From Eledone cirrhosa (Eukaryota), in NCBI GenBank assembly GCA_964016885.1, contig OZ024741.1:62186001-62250000 (forward strand): 64,000 nt of DNA, read 5' to 3'. Below are positions 39,168-54,378 of this stretch, one piece after another; the first letter of the stretch is position 1; the number at the start of each line of letters is the position of its first letter. A model generated the notes under the pieces. The model saw nothing but the letters and a program-made list of their open reading frames with translations, was not told the origin of the DNA and did no database searches. Position numbers and translations under genes: made by a program.

Positions 39168-39649
39168 ATATATATATATTGGAAATTGTGTAAAATCCTT
39201 GGTACAGTTAGGTATATTAAGAAAAAGGAAAAGAATGACTTCGCTTGTAGTTCTAACTTTGATTTAGTTTTATATTATATCTACCAACTCATAATGTTAT
39301 ATTATAAAATTAAATCAAATTGTTTAGAGCTACAAGTGAAGTCGTTCCATTCCTTTAAAATATATATATATATATATATATATATGACTCAGTCAAAACG
39401 ATCAACGTTCAACGAACACCAACATCTACAGCAACAACAGCACCAAAAGGAACAACAACATCAATATCTACAACATCAAAAGGAACAATACCAGCATCTA
39501 CAATAACAACAGCGGCATCAAACGATAAAAAAAAACATCAACTACCACCATCACCACCACCACTACCACCACCACCTTTCTGTCAAAACGATCAAAGCTT
39601 ACGGAAACAACCACAACGAAACGATAAATCTAAACAGCAACACACTAAC

Positions 39650-42120
39650 AATATTTTAGAGATCACGTTTAGTCAGTGGGAAAAACACCAGGACTGATTC
39701 GACAACAATCCTAATATCAATCAGCTACTGAAAACCAAGCACACTCTGTATGAAAAGTTCCTGAATCAGAATCCTGTAGCCAACCACCTGTCAGGAAAGC
39801 CTACAATGATCACAAGGCAACACTGCAACACGAACTGCGCAGGATGCAAAATTAGGGTGGAGTAATATCTCTTCGGAAATCCAACAGGCTTTTAACACCA
39901 AAGATTCGAAATTATTTTACTCATTGATACGCCAAGTCTTTGGTCCACCAACATCCTCCTTAACTCCTCTGAGATCTAAGGTCTATGCCAATATCATCAT
40001 CAAAGAGCAATCAAAAATACTTCAGTGTTGAGAGGAACATTTTACTGACCCGTTTGACAACCCATCAGCGCTTAATTTTGGAGTGATAGAAGGTTTCTCA
40101 ATGCGAAATAGTCCACTGTATGGATCGAATTCCCTCTATTGATGAAATAAAGCTGACAGTCAAGCAGGTTATCTCTGGCAAGGCACCAAGTCTAGATAGT
40201 GTCCTAGTTAAACTGCTGAAAGTCGGTGATGATAATGTAACTGAAGCAATAAACAACTTCATCATTGATTGCTGAACGCCGGTTCCGCTAGACTGGATCA
40301 ACGGTATTCTGTTATCATTATACAAAATCAAAGGTGAAAAATCGATATGTGGAAATCACTTTGTTGGAAGCTGTTGGCAAGGTTCTCGCAAGACTTTTCC
40401 TCAACAGACTGGAGGAGGATATCTGTCCTATAGCTATCCCAGAATCACAGAGTGGTTTTAGAAGAGGAAGGGGAACAGTTGACATGATTTTCTCTGTAAG
40501 ACAAATACAAGAAAAATGCATTGAGTAGTGTGCCCTCCTATATCAAGTCTTTGTCGACCTAACGAAGGCCTTTGACAGTTAACAGAGATGACTCTGGATA
40601 ATACTTGGTAAAGTGGAATGTCCACCCAAGTGTGTGAGTATGCTAAAGCAGCTGCACAGAAATATGAAAGCTCAGGTTACCTTCAATGGCCAACTATCTG
40701 GTGAAATCCCAATTGACAACGGGGTAAAGCAAGGTGATGATCTGCTCCTACGCTTTTCTCCATCTACTTTGCTGCCTTGCCCACACATGCTTTCCATGAT
40801 TGTGACAGAGGCATTATTTTACGGCTCAGAACCACTGGAAATGTTTTCAACTTAAGAAGGTTTAATGCCAAGACAAAAACTTTTCAAGCTTTAATCAGAG
40901 ACCTTCTTAGCGCCAACGACGCTGACTTCCTAGCACATACAGAAGCTGACATGCAACACATTATGGACCGTTTCTCATCCTCATGTACAGCATTTGAGCT
41001 TACAATCAGCCTTAAAAATACCAAAGTAATGTTTACTCCTGCCCCTGGAGAACCATATACTGAACCCAATATCATGGTTGATGGAACCAGACTGGGAGTG
41101 GTAGATAAATGTGTCTACTTGGGTAGCACACTCTCAAATGATGGCTCCTTGGATGCTGAAATACATCTGCGCATCCAGAAGGCCTCTGTTGCCTTCAGAA
41201 AAGAGAGTTTGTTTAGGCAAATCGCAACACTATCAACAATACCAAGGTGTGTGTGTATAGAATTTGTGTTCTGTCTGCTCTTTTATACTTCGCCGAAACC
41301 TGGACGCTATTCCACAAATACACCAAATTGCTTGAGCGTTTTCAGCAGAAATGTTGAGGGCGCATATTCAACATCAAGTGGCAAGACAGAAATCCTGACA
41401 TCGATGTTCTTATCAAAGCAGAATGTCCAAGCATTGAGCGCTGGACAGGATATATCGTCCACATGAAAGAAAGCAGGATCCTGAAGCAACTGTTTTACGG
41501 TGAGCTCCATCTTGGAAAAAGACCTCAACACAAACCGAAAATGAGGTTCAGGAACAGCATCAAGAACAAACTCAAAGAGATGGCATTTGATATAGACAAC
41601 TGGGCGGAGATAGCTCTAACTAGGGCTGGGTGGAAAAAGCGCATAAAGGACAGTTGCAAAACTTTTGAGGAATAACGTCTAGAACATAAACAACTGAAGC
41701 GTCAGCTCCGGAAGGGCTGTGCTTACAGTCTTGATGAAGTCATCAGTAGTTGACCATGCAATTTCTGTCAGTGTGTACTCCTCTCAAAGGCTGGTTATAT
41801 TAAACACATGATGTCACATGAAAAGATAACCACCTGCAACACCACTCAACAAAGACCTGGCGAAACAACGTGCGTGATATGCAACAAAGTGTGTAGAACT
41901 AGTTCCGGAGTAAAAGGACACATGGTGGTACATAAAGATTGTATCCCACAGGGTGACACCACCGGTCCTTAGGAAAGTACAACTCTCTTCTGTCACCTGT
42001 GTCGTAAAACATGCATATCTACAGCTGGTCATCTACGAAGTCGTGAATGCACGGAGAGGGGATGATAACGAAGAATCAATAAAGACGGCAATCGCCTGTG
42101 TAGACGCTGCAATCCTCATG
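39650..42120 (+). mobile_element. Degenerate RTE-clade LINE (RT domain to 3' end)
   Basis: ESQSGFRRGRGTVDMIFSVRQIQEKC, FVDLTKAFD, GVKQG, LLSANDA (decayed YADD), YLGSTLS, KQLFYGELHLGKR, terminal zinc-finger remnants, atgt tail; many stops and frameshifts. Confidence 0.92.
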
Positions 42121-42133
42121 TATGTGTATATGA

Positions 42134-42690
42134 CAGGTCGCTCTTCAGCACTACTGGTCACATATAACCCAGTACAACCTGCGCATAGTCGGGTCGTTGG
42201 TGACTAAATTGGCAACCCCACCAAGCTTGTTTGGTGAGAATGGCGAATTTGGCCAAACTGCGGGATAAAAAATAAAACCCGTCAAAGGGCGGAGGAACTC
42301 AGGAGAGTCAAGAGTCATCCAATAAAGTTTTTTCCTTTTCTTTCTGTGGAGCGAGAGCCTCCCAGTCTTCCTTAAGACATATCTCTAGGAGAAAGTCACA
42401 TTGATATAAAAACCTGCACTTCTTTTGCATCCAATGATGTAGACCAGTTCTTCTTTTTGGGCCAATGCATTCGATGTTCAGAGAGTGGGATTGAACCCGT
42501 GGAAATCCTTTCCTCACTTAAAAAAAAAGCTTCAAACACAGGTATCGTTTGATATGTGAAATTCTTTTCTGATGCTTGGTACAATTGGCCAGTAGGTAAC
42601 TCCCTACCAGGACTAAAAAGACTCACCATGATGATCCTCCTTAAGTATCAAGCGATGGCATTATTCAAAATCGAGTTGCACCATCATCAT
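42134..42690 (+). mobile_element. Non-autonomous RTE-related element
   Basis: Third copy of the 1760/36867 family, inserted at the LINE's atgt tail. Confidence 0.7.
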
Positions 42691-42770
42691 CATGTATGCA
42701 TGTCAGTATATATGCATGTATGTATATGTGCGCACGTGGGTGTTTTTATACATACATACATATATATATA

Positions 42771-42810
<40 letters not shown>

Positions 42811-42822
42811 CATACACATATA

Positions 42823-42870
<48 letters not shown>

Positions 42871-43371
42871 GGGAGAAAGAAAGAGAAAGGAGACAGAGAG
42901 AGAGCAACATGCAACTGCACATATAGAGCCGTAGACACAGGCTTGAATGTGCAATATATTAGTGTATAATATGCAATGTGCAACCTAAACATAAATAATG
43001 ACCCCAACTGCAGACAGGCAGAGAGATGTGACAGCTGCAACCATGTGACGTCACGCGCTATATGCAGCTGGACAGCTTTGTCGAGAATGTGCAACAGGAA
43101 AACACGTACATGCATATGCGTACATGCATATATGAACGCATATATATATATTTCTCTCTCTCTCTCTCTCCATATATATATATATACACATGCATTCGCA
43201 AATACACGCGTATACTGTTTATGCACATGTGCCTTGCATATAAATACAGAGAATATAGATAGAATATATAGTTTAAAACAAAATGACATTCACAAGTACT
43301 GCGAATGTGCACAAGTGCACCCTTATACACACACATGTATGTATTGCCTTGCATGTGTGTATGTATATATG

Positions 43372-43465
<94 letters not shown>

Positions 43466-43944
43466 CAGATATACATACACACATGCAAGGCAATATATAT
43501 ATATATATATATATATATGGATGGATGGATTGATGCATGCATGTATGTATGCATGTGTGTGCCCTTCTATCGCAGGAGTTGGGCAGCTGTGGTTTATCTC
43601 CCCCTCTTTAAATAGTAGCTCCATGTGGCGTGTTCAACATCATCATCCCTGGTGAACAAACCGCCTACCTCTGTCACTTCTTAACGCCGCTAATACCTCT
43701 AAATATTGCCAGGTGCGAATGCGAGATTTCCGTTGCAATAACCGTTCAATTCTTAATAGCCTGTGTTTCTTCCTAGTGTCTGCTGGTGGCGTTCACTTTA
43801 GGTTTGTCTAGTCTTGATTATGACTAGTCTTGATGAGCTCCTACACACCAGATTGCTAATGCTGATGACGAGATACATGACACCTAGACTGATCATGCAC
43901 TGCGGAGTCCGTCATATACGAGGATGATGTCAAAACGATCTGTT

Positions 43945-44260
43945 CAAACTAACAACAGGAGATTGTGTCCTACGTAGGAATATCGGAAAGCAGATTAAAA
44001 AAAAACACTTCCTAAACCATGAGACACTAGATTCAACTTTAAACTTGCCACCACATTTTGTACCTTAAAGACAGCGACACGAATTTCGTTATTAAAAATA
44101 TGTACATGGAAAGATCCTAACTCTATTCAAATGGTTCGAAGACGTGCTAGTTGAGTGCGGTCAGAGACGGAATATATCTAAAAACACTGCTCAACTCCTC
44201 AGTCTGTCTAACCAGAAAGTCCGCATTCTTCAGTTAAATCTCACACCAGGGTAACAATTC
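43945..44260 (+). pseudogene. Degenerate PLE GIY-YIG fragment
   Basis: SYVGISESRLK..HFLNH, KLATT..LKDSD and NGSKTC align with the 38.5-38.8-kb ORF. Confidence 0.6.
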
Positions 44261-44402
44261 TGGATACAGTGATCCTCACTGATTACAGAAATATAAAACT
44301 TATTTCTACCCCGACTCTTCTTTACAATTCCAAATTTCACACTGGTGGTCATTTAGAATCTTTCCTGTTTTCCTTCTCACCTCCCGGTCAAAATCTGCGT
44401 TA

Positions 44403-44482
<80 letters not shown>

Positions 44483-44635
44483 CAATTTGCTTGCAAACCA
44501 AAACTTGGACTTTCAAAAAATTCATTTAATACTGACAATTGTTTATTCCCCCGGTGATATACCACATATAGTATGATCCTACAATTGCATTGAGCTATAA
44601 TACACCTGATAAATGAGTAAAATTTACTCTCAATA

Positions 44636-44727
44636 TAATTGTTTCTACTTTAGGCACAAGGCCAGCAATTACCCAGTGCATTACTGGTACTTTATTTTAT
44701 CGACCCTGTAAGGATGAAAGGCAAATT
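44636..44727 (-). mobile_element. SINE family 1, 3' half
   Basis: Reverse complement of the central domain and tail. Confidence 0.8.
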
Positions 44728-45341
44728 TACTCTCAATATAATATGGGAAGTACGGTGAAATGCTGGTGTTGTTACCAAATCAAGCACTCTGTGCAGAGGC
44801 AGAGTGCACATAATAGAACAAAACAAGTAGATCGATATTGGAGTCGGGCTCATAACCTCATTGGGCCACCTTGAGCCAATCCTCTGCGAAACGCGCGTAA
44901 CAGGTCGATACGCAATAAATATTTTTTTATATATGTAAACGAAACTGCTATACAGTATATATACATATATATAAGTTTTGGAGGAAGTAACGTAATGTTT
45001 TACTCAGTTAAAATCATTTATAAAAGAGATAGAATATCCATCAACTAAATTAATCAGTCAATGAATTATATTGATGATGGGATATTAACATCTGCCAGGA
45101 TCTCATCAGAAAACAGAATTATTTACAGGAGTCACTTCAACTACCAGCATCATACCACACGTATTACACTCTGGATATTGTGACTTGCAGGATCTGACGA
45201 GAATCGAGTTTTAACGTACCTTAATAAAACCACAGTGGATGAATCCACTTTCAATTATTCTCCTACGATAAGAATACATGTAGGTATATGTGTATATATG
45301 TTGTATAATAATCAACTCTCTCTCTATTCACTGTATAATCT

Positions 45342-45396
<55 letters not shown>

Positions 45397-45529
45397 AACA
45401 TGAAACAATCAGAACGAAGAAAATCAAACTTTCCAGTTGTTGTCTTCCTGTTTCTTCTACAACTACAACGGTACGCGATGGGGCCTACCCACAGCCCCAG
45501 CGGACAGAAGTTGTTATTTCTGTTTACCT

Positions 45530-45594
<65 letters not shown>

Positions 45595-45671
45595 ATGTGT
45601 GTGTGTATAGGGTATCCTCAACTGCAAAGAAAATGCATTAAAGTAAATTCTGTTTTATATGCCTTATTTGG

Positions 45672-45858
45672 GTGATTGGCAGTATAGGTAGAAGGTCGGA
45701 CACCATGCTTTGCAGCATAGAGTTACGCCCCTTCATAGTTTGAGTTCAAATCCCGCCGAGGTTCACTTTGCCTTTTAACCTTACAGGGTCGATAAAATAA
45801 CTTACCAGTAATGTACTGGGATATTTGTTGGCCTTGTGCCAAAAGTAGAAACAATTAT
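45672..45858 (+). mobile_element. SINE family 1
   Basis: A box, B box, central domain and tail present. Confidence 0.86.
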
Positions 45859-46410
45859 TTAAATTATGTAAACATTTTTGTCTGTTTACATACAATTGAA
45901 TTATGTCTGTAGGTCATTTTATTTTGGGGAAAAATATTAGCTGTACAGGTACTCAATCTATGCATACATTTATGGGGAACATCCTATATATATATATGTA
46001 GGTAAGTGTGTGTGTGTTTGTGTACGTACTCTAATATGAGTTATTTTCCAACTTACTAAAGAATAATTTCCTTTATATTACTAATAAGCTACAAAACCCA
46101 TCCCCTGTTATTAGAATATAGCATATCTATATCTACACCACGTTCTTACTCTATTTCTTACTCCTTCAACATCTCACTTGAAGCTCATTCAAAGTTGAAG
46201 GAACAGGCTACAGCCACTATAAAATGGCGTCAAAATAGTCTGACGAACTAGAATCTAGTTTCAATAAAAGATCTACGTTAGAACTCTAGCGAAGTAAATG
46301 TACCTAAATGGCATCATGAGTAATGTAATAAATCATTATATACTTTATACTCTTTCCACAGATTGAGTCTTCTCCCAACTTAGTATAGTCTTTATTAAAC
46401 TACACTACAC

Positions 46411-46455
<45 letters not shown>

Positions 46456-46468
46456 ATATATATATATT

Positions 46469-46506
<38 letters not shown>

Positions 46507-46643
46507 TATATATATATTTTATATATATATACATAAGTATGTATATATATATATATATATGTGTATATATATATATACATGTACATATGTATATATATAT
46601 ATGTGTATATATATATACATGTACATATGTATCTATATCTATA

Positions 46644-46696
<53 letters not shown>

Positions 46697-46788
46697 ATAT
46701 AAGCGGGCCATCAAAATGACATTGACGGGTCAACGAATATGAAAAAAATTAATGACCCCACATGACATATATATGCATATAGTATATA

Positions 46789-46839
<51 letters not shown>

Positions 46840-47180
46840 ATATATATATATACATATATATATACGTAATATACGTATAAAATTGGAATCTGATATAGCA
46901 AGAGAGATGGTAAATTTGAAAGCTTGATGGACGTAGATTTTTAACAGCTGCTTACATTGTTCATGAGTAATTATATATTGCTTGTATTAACATAGGTGTG
47001 TGTGTGTATGTATATATATGTGTGTATGTATGTATGTATGAGTGTAATTATGTATCTATGAACGTGCGTATGTATATATATACACACACATAAATCATGT
47101 ATTCCTAGCCGCACATCCAACCACATACATATATATTTATATTTATACCTACATGTGGGTGTATACGTACTCACGTACGC

Positions 47181-47283
<103 letters not shown>

Positions 47284-47299
47284 TTGTATGTATGTGTGC

Positions 47300-47337
<38 letters not shown>

Positions 47338-48639
47338 CACCGTCCCTTATGTGAGAGCAATAGACTAGTTCATAAGGGGAGAGTAAGAGAGTGTTGTGTC
47401 AATATATACTTTGATTGGGCAAAATGACAGGAAGTTCCTCGATAGAAAAAACACGATTAATGGAGCCTAGAGGCAGGTATTTTATTAATTATTAGCGTGC
47501 GAAAAACAGCCGAATTACTTGCTGATGTCAATTGTAGCAAGATACTCAGCAGATTTCTCAATAGAGTGGACTCCTTGGTGAAATATAAAACAGAGGTTTG
47601 GAGGTTTATATTTACGAGAGGAGCAGAATCTGTGGTTTACATTTTAGGAGATGATTTTTACGGACTAGCTTGGCCCAGACGGTAGATATTAGAGAAGAGA
47701 TTTCAGTGTTATGTTTAGGGCTGAAACATTTGGTGACGGCTACAGCGTATGATCTTCATAATACTTGTAGCAGAGCATAGTTCGATGAATGCAATTTTGA
47801 GCCTGAGAATGATATTATCTGTTAATTATTTAGTTAGCCAATTAGTTAATGGTTTCTGATTTAGGCCCAAAAGCAGCAATTTTGGGAGGAGGAGAAGTCG
47901 ATTAAATTGACCCAAGTGTGCTACTGAATTACGTTACCAACAAATGGATAACTTTGAGAAACAGCTATAACTCGTCAATCCTCTTGGAAAAAATCAAAAA
48001 AATACTTCTTTGATGAGTATATACCAAGAAATTAAAATATTAAGAGCAGTTCCTGAATTGTTTTCTGCCATAGAAAGATATAAAACATCTCCTGACATTC
48101 GTTGATGTTCAGACTGAGGTTTATAATTTTAAAAACTGCAATTATATCTACATTAAATTTATATTTGTTCTTTCAATATATATTTTTAATTTCAGGTAGT
48201 ATTTATGTATATATTATTTCTCTTCTTTACGCTTTTATTTGTTCCATCACAAGAGTTGTGGTTATGTTGGTGCGCTACCATTGCTGTTACACCTCTACAG
48301 CGTTCATTTATTGGTTCATCATTGATGAATGAGGGCGACTGACAAGGTTGTCTTCATCTGTGTTACTTGCCATACAGTTGGCATATCTAGGATTTTAGAT
48401 AGCGGAATGCCAAGATGCTGGAAACATCTAGAACCACCTCATGTATATCTCAGAGGATTTTCAGCAATATATTAAAAAAGCCATTGTAGTACCTGGGCCT
48501 TAAACTAGATGTGGAGCGTAGGACCTCTGGAACAGTACAGTGGCGTCCTATTCGTTTATTCTTTAACGGGTTCAGTTACTGAATTATAAACGCTTCAACA
48601 TATAACTATACTCGATGGAAAGTCATGAATTAACCTTTC

Positions 48640-49740
48640 GCTATACAGATTTTGCCAGGTTCTACCCATCATCTAAAGGATCCTCTTACAGAAAAACTTC
48701 ATATTTTCAAATTACGTTTGGTCTAGCAATAAGCATAATAAAATATAAACTTATGTTTCAATCAAAGCCAGGAATTAGTCTCAAAACTCTGCCACAGATT
48801 TATATTGAAGGCAAAACTCTGAAAACAGTCATTAGTTTTACATACCTTATATCAACTGTAACTAGTGATGCAAAGTTAGACAAGGAAACTGAAATACGCA
48901 TAAGAAAGGCTTTTGGTAAACTTTATGGTAGAATATGAAACGTTCATGATGTGTCAATTAAAAAGAATTTGATATCTATAAAACTTTTGTTCTTACAACT
49001 CTCTTTTATGGGACAGACTCCCTATCGCAAACACATAAATCAAATGAGCAGTTTTCACATGAGGTATCTAAGGCAGATCTGTGGTGTAAAATGAGCTGAT
49101 AGTGAGAAATAAAAAAGGGCTATTGCAATGCAATATTTCTGAAACAAAAGTTCTTGATCAAATTTCGGATGACAGGGTGTGGCCACGTTTTGTGAATGAA
49201 TGATCAAATAAACCCAAAGCAAGTCTTATTTGGTCAAATTAAAGGCTTTCGTAGAAAGATTGACTGCCCACTACTTCACTATAAAGAAAAGCTTAGGGAC
49301 AATTTCAAACGTTTGAATATAAACATTAACAGCTGGAGAAATGTTGCTAATAATTGGACTGAGTGGAGAAAGCAAGCTCATATCAAGCTTGTTAACTTTG
49401 AAGAAGAACGTATTCGTCATTAAAACCAGTTGTATATAAATCGAATACATAATTACAAACTTAACCCTGTTCCTACAAACTATCAATGCAACTATCATGG
49501 CAACTTTTCAGCATCGTTTAAAAAGTCAGCTCAGGACTCACATCGTTCCTGAAACTATGGAAAGGTTGACATGCAGGGTCTGTAAACATCCCTGTCAAAA
49601 TGCTAGAGGTCTGAAAGTACATGTGCGTGCACATCAAATGGAATAACGTTTGGATATTTTCTTTGCTGAAATGAAACTAACAAGTTATTATTTGGTAACT
49701 GCTTTTGCTTTATCTTCTATTGAACACTCACATGACGCTT
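48640..49740 (+). mobile_element. Degenerate RTE-clade LINE 3' fragment
   Basis: FGLAISIIK, FTYLISTVTSDAKLDKETEIRIRKAFGKL, PKQVLFGQI, C2H2 CRVCKHPCQNARGLKVHVRAH. Confidence 0.8.
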
Positions 49741-51049
49741 TCGACAGGAGACTCTATCATGTGTATATATATATATTTATATATATATATATATATATGA
49801 ACATATATATACACGCACACACCCAATCCATACACCCTACTACCACCACTAACCCTCACCCACACATCCACTCTGACCACCCCACAACTAACATCACTAA
49901 CCTCCCCCCGACCCCACGCACACGAACACACCATCACACACACCCACATCCACACCTATGTACACCACCCACTCCACACACCTAACCACCACTAACCCCC
50001 ACTTACACACCCGCTGTCCACCTTTTCCCCACCACATGTAATACTAACACCGACTAACACCCACTTTACCACACACTCATCCAAACACGCACACACCAGT
50101 ACACTACACTCCCTCCTCCGTCCCCAACACTTCTCTCTCTCTCCCTCTCTCTCTCCCTCTCTTTCTCCCTCTCTCTCTCACCCTCTCCCCGCTCCACCTA
50201 CATCCCTTCACACACACATCCCACTTACACCTCTACTAATATACATCCCATCGCCCCACTTCACCCCCCCCCCTTCACACCTACCCATCCTCTCCTCTGT
50301 CCACTGCACCTCCGCACACACAGACACACACAGAGTCCTCACTACACTGACCTTACTCCACCTGTCATCCTGCTCTACTGCTATCTCTTCACCCTGCCTT
50401 GACACTCTGACCACTTCCTATTGCGCGCGCACCCCACTTCCCTCTACTTCCGACACCACCAACATTGGATTCTACACCACCGGTCTTTTCTCCAGCCATC
50501 CACTCCATAACATGAAAAATATCCAGCAACCCTTCGCACACTCGAAGGAACTACCTCAGGAACTTACCCACGAACATACACTCACATTTTTGTTCGCACC
50601 ACGCCACCTACATCCACACCACGTATAAACACAAACACACACGTACGTACCCCCACATATACACACTCAACCTCCGGAATCCACACGCCGCTCCCCCACC
50701 CCCTGACTCCTCTCCTTTCACACGCACGCACACACCAACTTACACCCCACCCCACGCACACACCTTTTCCTGAAAATGGAACCTCGTTCTTCCTCCAACT
50801 CTCACATTCACATACACACGCACACACATACACAAACACCACCTTCAGCCTTCCCCGCTTCGACCCCCCGCCTCCCTCTCCCAACTCCACCCGCCTCACA
50901 CCCTTCCACCATTTGTTCATTTTTTTTGTTTATTCTTATGTTTTTTTTTACGTTTATTTTTATTTTTATTTGTTCTCCTTCTCCCTTTTTTCTAAATGTA
51001 TTTCCACTCCTCCTCCACACACCCTCAGAACTCTCTTCCTAACTTATTT

Positions 51050-51088
51050 ACTCCTGAAGAAGGGATTATGCCCGAAACGTCCCCAACT
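51050..51088 (+). ncRNA. Minimal HHR core (family F)
   Basis: CTGAAGA-aggg attatg ccc-GAAA-cg-TC, immediately before (TA)n. Stem I not evident. Confidence 0.5.
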
Positions 51089-51106
51089 ATATATATATAT
51101 ATATAT

Positions 51107-51352
51107 TTCATTTCTGAATTTGTTTAGCAAGATTCTTTATCTGAAAACGTGTGTTGAAACCGATATTGATATACTTTGAGAGGGTCATGTTGCCAATAAG
51201 AAACACACGCACCACATGCTTTCACTCCAATTTATTATAAATTAAATTATAAATTTTTAAATTTATAATTTAATTTATAATAAATTGGATTGAAAGCATC
51301 TGGTGCGTGTGTTTCTTATTGGCAACATTACCCTCCCAAAGTATAACAATAT
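51107..51352 (-). mobile_element. Family D fold-back
   Basis: Near-perfect palindrome ~51163-51353 plus a tail. Confidence 0.85.
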
Positions 51353-51371
51353 ATATATATATATATATATA

Positions 51372-52277
51372 TCAAAAGCATGTATTGAGTTAGAAACTCA
51401 AAATAGTCTCAATACAGTAAAATTAGCTCTAGGAAAAAGGTTTTTCCGAGCCGTATAGTATAACTGAACAAAAAGGAAAAACGAACACAGACATATACAT
51501 GTATGCGTTCAAATCGTAATGGACCAGAAACGCTAATGTGAAAAAAATACTAACTACAGACAATAGGGTTTGCTAGACTCAATTTAAGAATAAATCAAGA
51601 AAAATAAATACAAACCATTATTGTGTTAACTACCCATCACCCGGACAGTTTTTGATAGAACCATTTTCCAATATTATTTGTGAAGAGGTATATCAAATTC
51701 TTAGAGGTATATCAAATTCTTAGAGGTATATCAAATTCTTAGCTCATCAGCGGGTGAAGAATTAGAATCCTGATCACTTCTAAATAAAATAAAGAACTGG
51801 ATAGTGTGTGTATATGTAACGCACATGGTTTCCGAACATAGCGCGTCGCGCAGGCTCACGTCACTAAAAGATAGCAGCCGAGTCTACACGACATTGGAAT
51901 TAGCTCTACGGAGCCGAATATATCAAAAGCATGTATTGAGTTAGAAACTCAAAATAGTCTCATTACAGTAAATTAGCTCTAGGAAAAAGGTTTTTCCGAG
52001 CCATACAGTATAACTGAACAAAAAAGAAAAACGAACACAGACATATACATGTATTCGTTCAAATCGTAATGGACCAGTTCTATCAAAAACCGTCCGGGTG
52101 ATGGGTAGTTACCACAATACAGATTTGTATTTATTTTTCTTGATGTATTCTTAAATTGAGTCTAGCAAACCCTATTGCCTGTAGTTAGTATTATTTTCAC
52201 CTTAGCGTTTCTGGTCCATTACGATTTGAACGCATACATGTATTTGTCTGTGTTCGTTTTTCTTTTTTGTTCAGGTA

Positions 52278-52281
<4 letters not shown>
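51372..52281 (-). mobile_element. Family H tandem plus fold-back element (~550-nt period) with HHR at 51638-51756
   Basis: 51372-51527 repeats at 51922-52077; inverted arm 52077-52281. cacccg-CTGATGA...GAAA...TC-cgggtg. 19-nt triplication gaggtatatcaaattctta inside stem II. Confidence 0.85.
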
Positions 52282-52335
<54 letters not shown>

Positions 52336-52337
<2 letters not shown>

Positions 52338-52563
52338 GAATATAACTGTCTCTAATACATAGACCTCTCAATGAAAGGATGAGATGTATTAATAAATTAT
52401 CTACTCAGAGAAGTAATAAAATTTATTGAACTTAAGCCAAAATCTCAGTTTGTGGGGATATAAGCTAGACCGATTAAAATAAGTCGGTTTTACTTATAAA
52501 CTTCACCCACCATGTCGGTCTAGCTTATATACCCCCAAATTGAGATTTTTGCTTAAGTTTACT
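52336..52563 (-). mobile_element. Fold-back element with tail, between (TA)n runs
   Basis: Arms aacttaagccaaaatctcagtttgtggggatataagctagaccga / tcggtctagcttatatacccccaaattgagatttttgcttaagtt. Confidence 0.75.
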
Positions 52564-52577
52564 ATATATATTTAATG

Positions 52578-52628
<51 letters not shown>

Positions 52629-52630
<2 letters not shown>

Positions 52631-52760
52631 TGTTATGCTGTGGGAGGGTCATGTTGCCAATAAGAAACACACGCACCAGTTGCTTTCACTCCAATTTATT
52701 ATAAATTAAATTTATAAATTTAAGAATTTATAAATTTCCAGTTGGAAACTCAGATTACAT
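52629..52760 (-). mobile_element. Family D single arm
   Basis: Homologous to 51165-51265. Confidence 0.8.
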
Positions 52761-52780
52761 TTATATATATATATATATGG

Positions 52781-52933
<153 letters not shown>

Positions 52934-52934
52934 C

Positions 52935-53097
<163 letters not shown>

Positions 53098-53217
53098 TGA
53101 GATTCTACAGGACTAGAACTGTTTCATTCTTTAGAAATCATCATACTTTTATACTCTGCAATGTATTGAGTACCTTACTTACTGTGGTTACCTCCGATTC
53201 AACCCGGAATAACGTAC

Positions 53218-53253
<36 letters not shown>

Positions 53254-53335
53254 CATCTTAGTGTGTGTGTGTTATAAAGTGAAATGACAGGAGGCCAAAT
53301 ATGTTTGAATTTTCATAATTTTTTTATTTCTGCAA

Positions 53336-53391
53336 ACACTGCACATTTCAGTGGCCACGTCACGTAAGAATCCGGTGACCTCATCAGGTGT
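53336..53391 (-). ncRNA. Degenerate hammerhead motif
   Basis: acac-CTGATGA-ggtcac...gtggcc act-GAAA-tgtg-ca-gtgt; probably a CpG-decayed cgcg-TA. Confidence 0.5.
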
Positions 53392-53873
53392 AAATTGCGT
53401 AATAGTTGTATACCAACGGGTACAATGGTAAACTTTAAGGAAACAAGCAAAGATAAGACAGAGAGGAACAGTTTGTGTTTATGTTTTTGTCACAGAGACG
53501 AACGAAGTAGCATGGTGCTACCTTGTTCCCCCGTATCTCTCTCTCTCTATAATTAAACACCTATATATAGATACGTGTTTAATTGTGTGTGTATATAATT
53601 ATAAGGTTATAATTATATATGTATACAATTGCATGAATGTATATGTAATTATATTCATATGTACATACAAATTATATTCATATGTAGATACATAATTAGA
53701 TGACAAAGTGTTGTATATAATGTCACCTCCAATAAACACACATACATATGTACATATATAGATACAAACATTCACTTATACACATGCACACATACATATA
53801 TACATAATAAATTCATACATACATACATACAGACAGACAGGCAGACGTACGCTCATACATACACACATACACA

Positions 53874-54163
53874 CAGGGGCCTCGTTTGCCTTTAAAATGT
53901 GAGGAGGACAAACCAAGATTTGTTGATTCTTAAAGGAGCATGTTAGTATTGCTTATGGTGGCTTTCCCGGACCCTATCACATAAGTAAAACTTTACGCTA
54001 ATTAAATTTTATATATTCAAATAAAGTTCAGTTATAAAAAAAAATAAGCTCAAAAAGAATTTATTATATCAAATAAACAAAAGATGGTTTGTCACTCGTT
54101 CCTGAAAAAGGGGGAGGGAATAGTCCCCGGATACGCCCCCCCCCCCCTGAATCAAGTCCTTTG
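53874..54163. mobile_element. hAT MITE
   Basis: TIRs caggggcctcgttt / aatcaagtcctttg; 8-bp TSD catacaca/catataca. Confidence 0.87.
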
Positions 54164-54189
54164 CATATACACATACAACTGCATATAAA

Positions 54190-54277
54190 TAATTATTTCT
54201 ACGTTAGGCACAAGGCCAGCAAATACCCAGTGCATTACTGGTACTTATTTTATCGACCCCGTAAGGATAAAAGGTAA
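54190..54277 (-). mobile_element. SINE family 1, 3' half
   Basis: Reverse complement of the central domain and tail. Confidence 0.75.
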
Positions 54278-54340
54278 AAATGACGTAAAACGGAGCTCTC
54301 CTACTAATCAAAGAAACGAAAGCAGCTAATACACGCATAT

Positions 54341-54378
<38 letters not shown>

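Noticed and set aside
47380-47830. Possible L2/Daphne-like LINE 3' remnant on the minus strand
   Set aside because: Only faint peptide resemblance; needs a database search.
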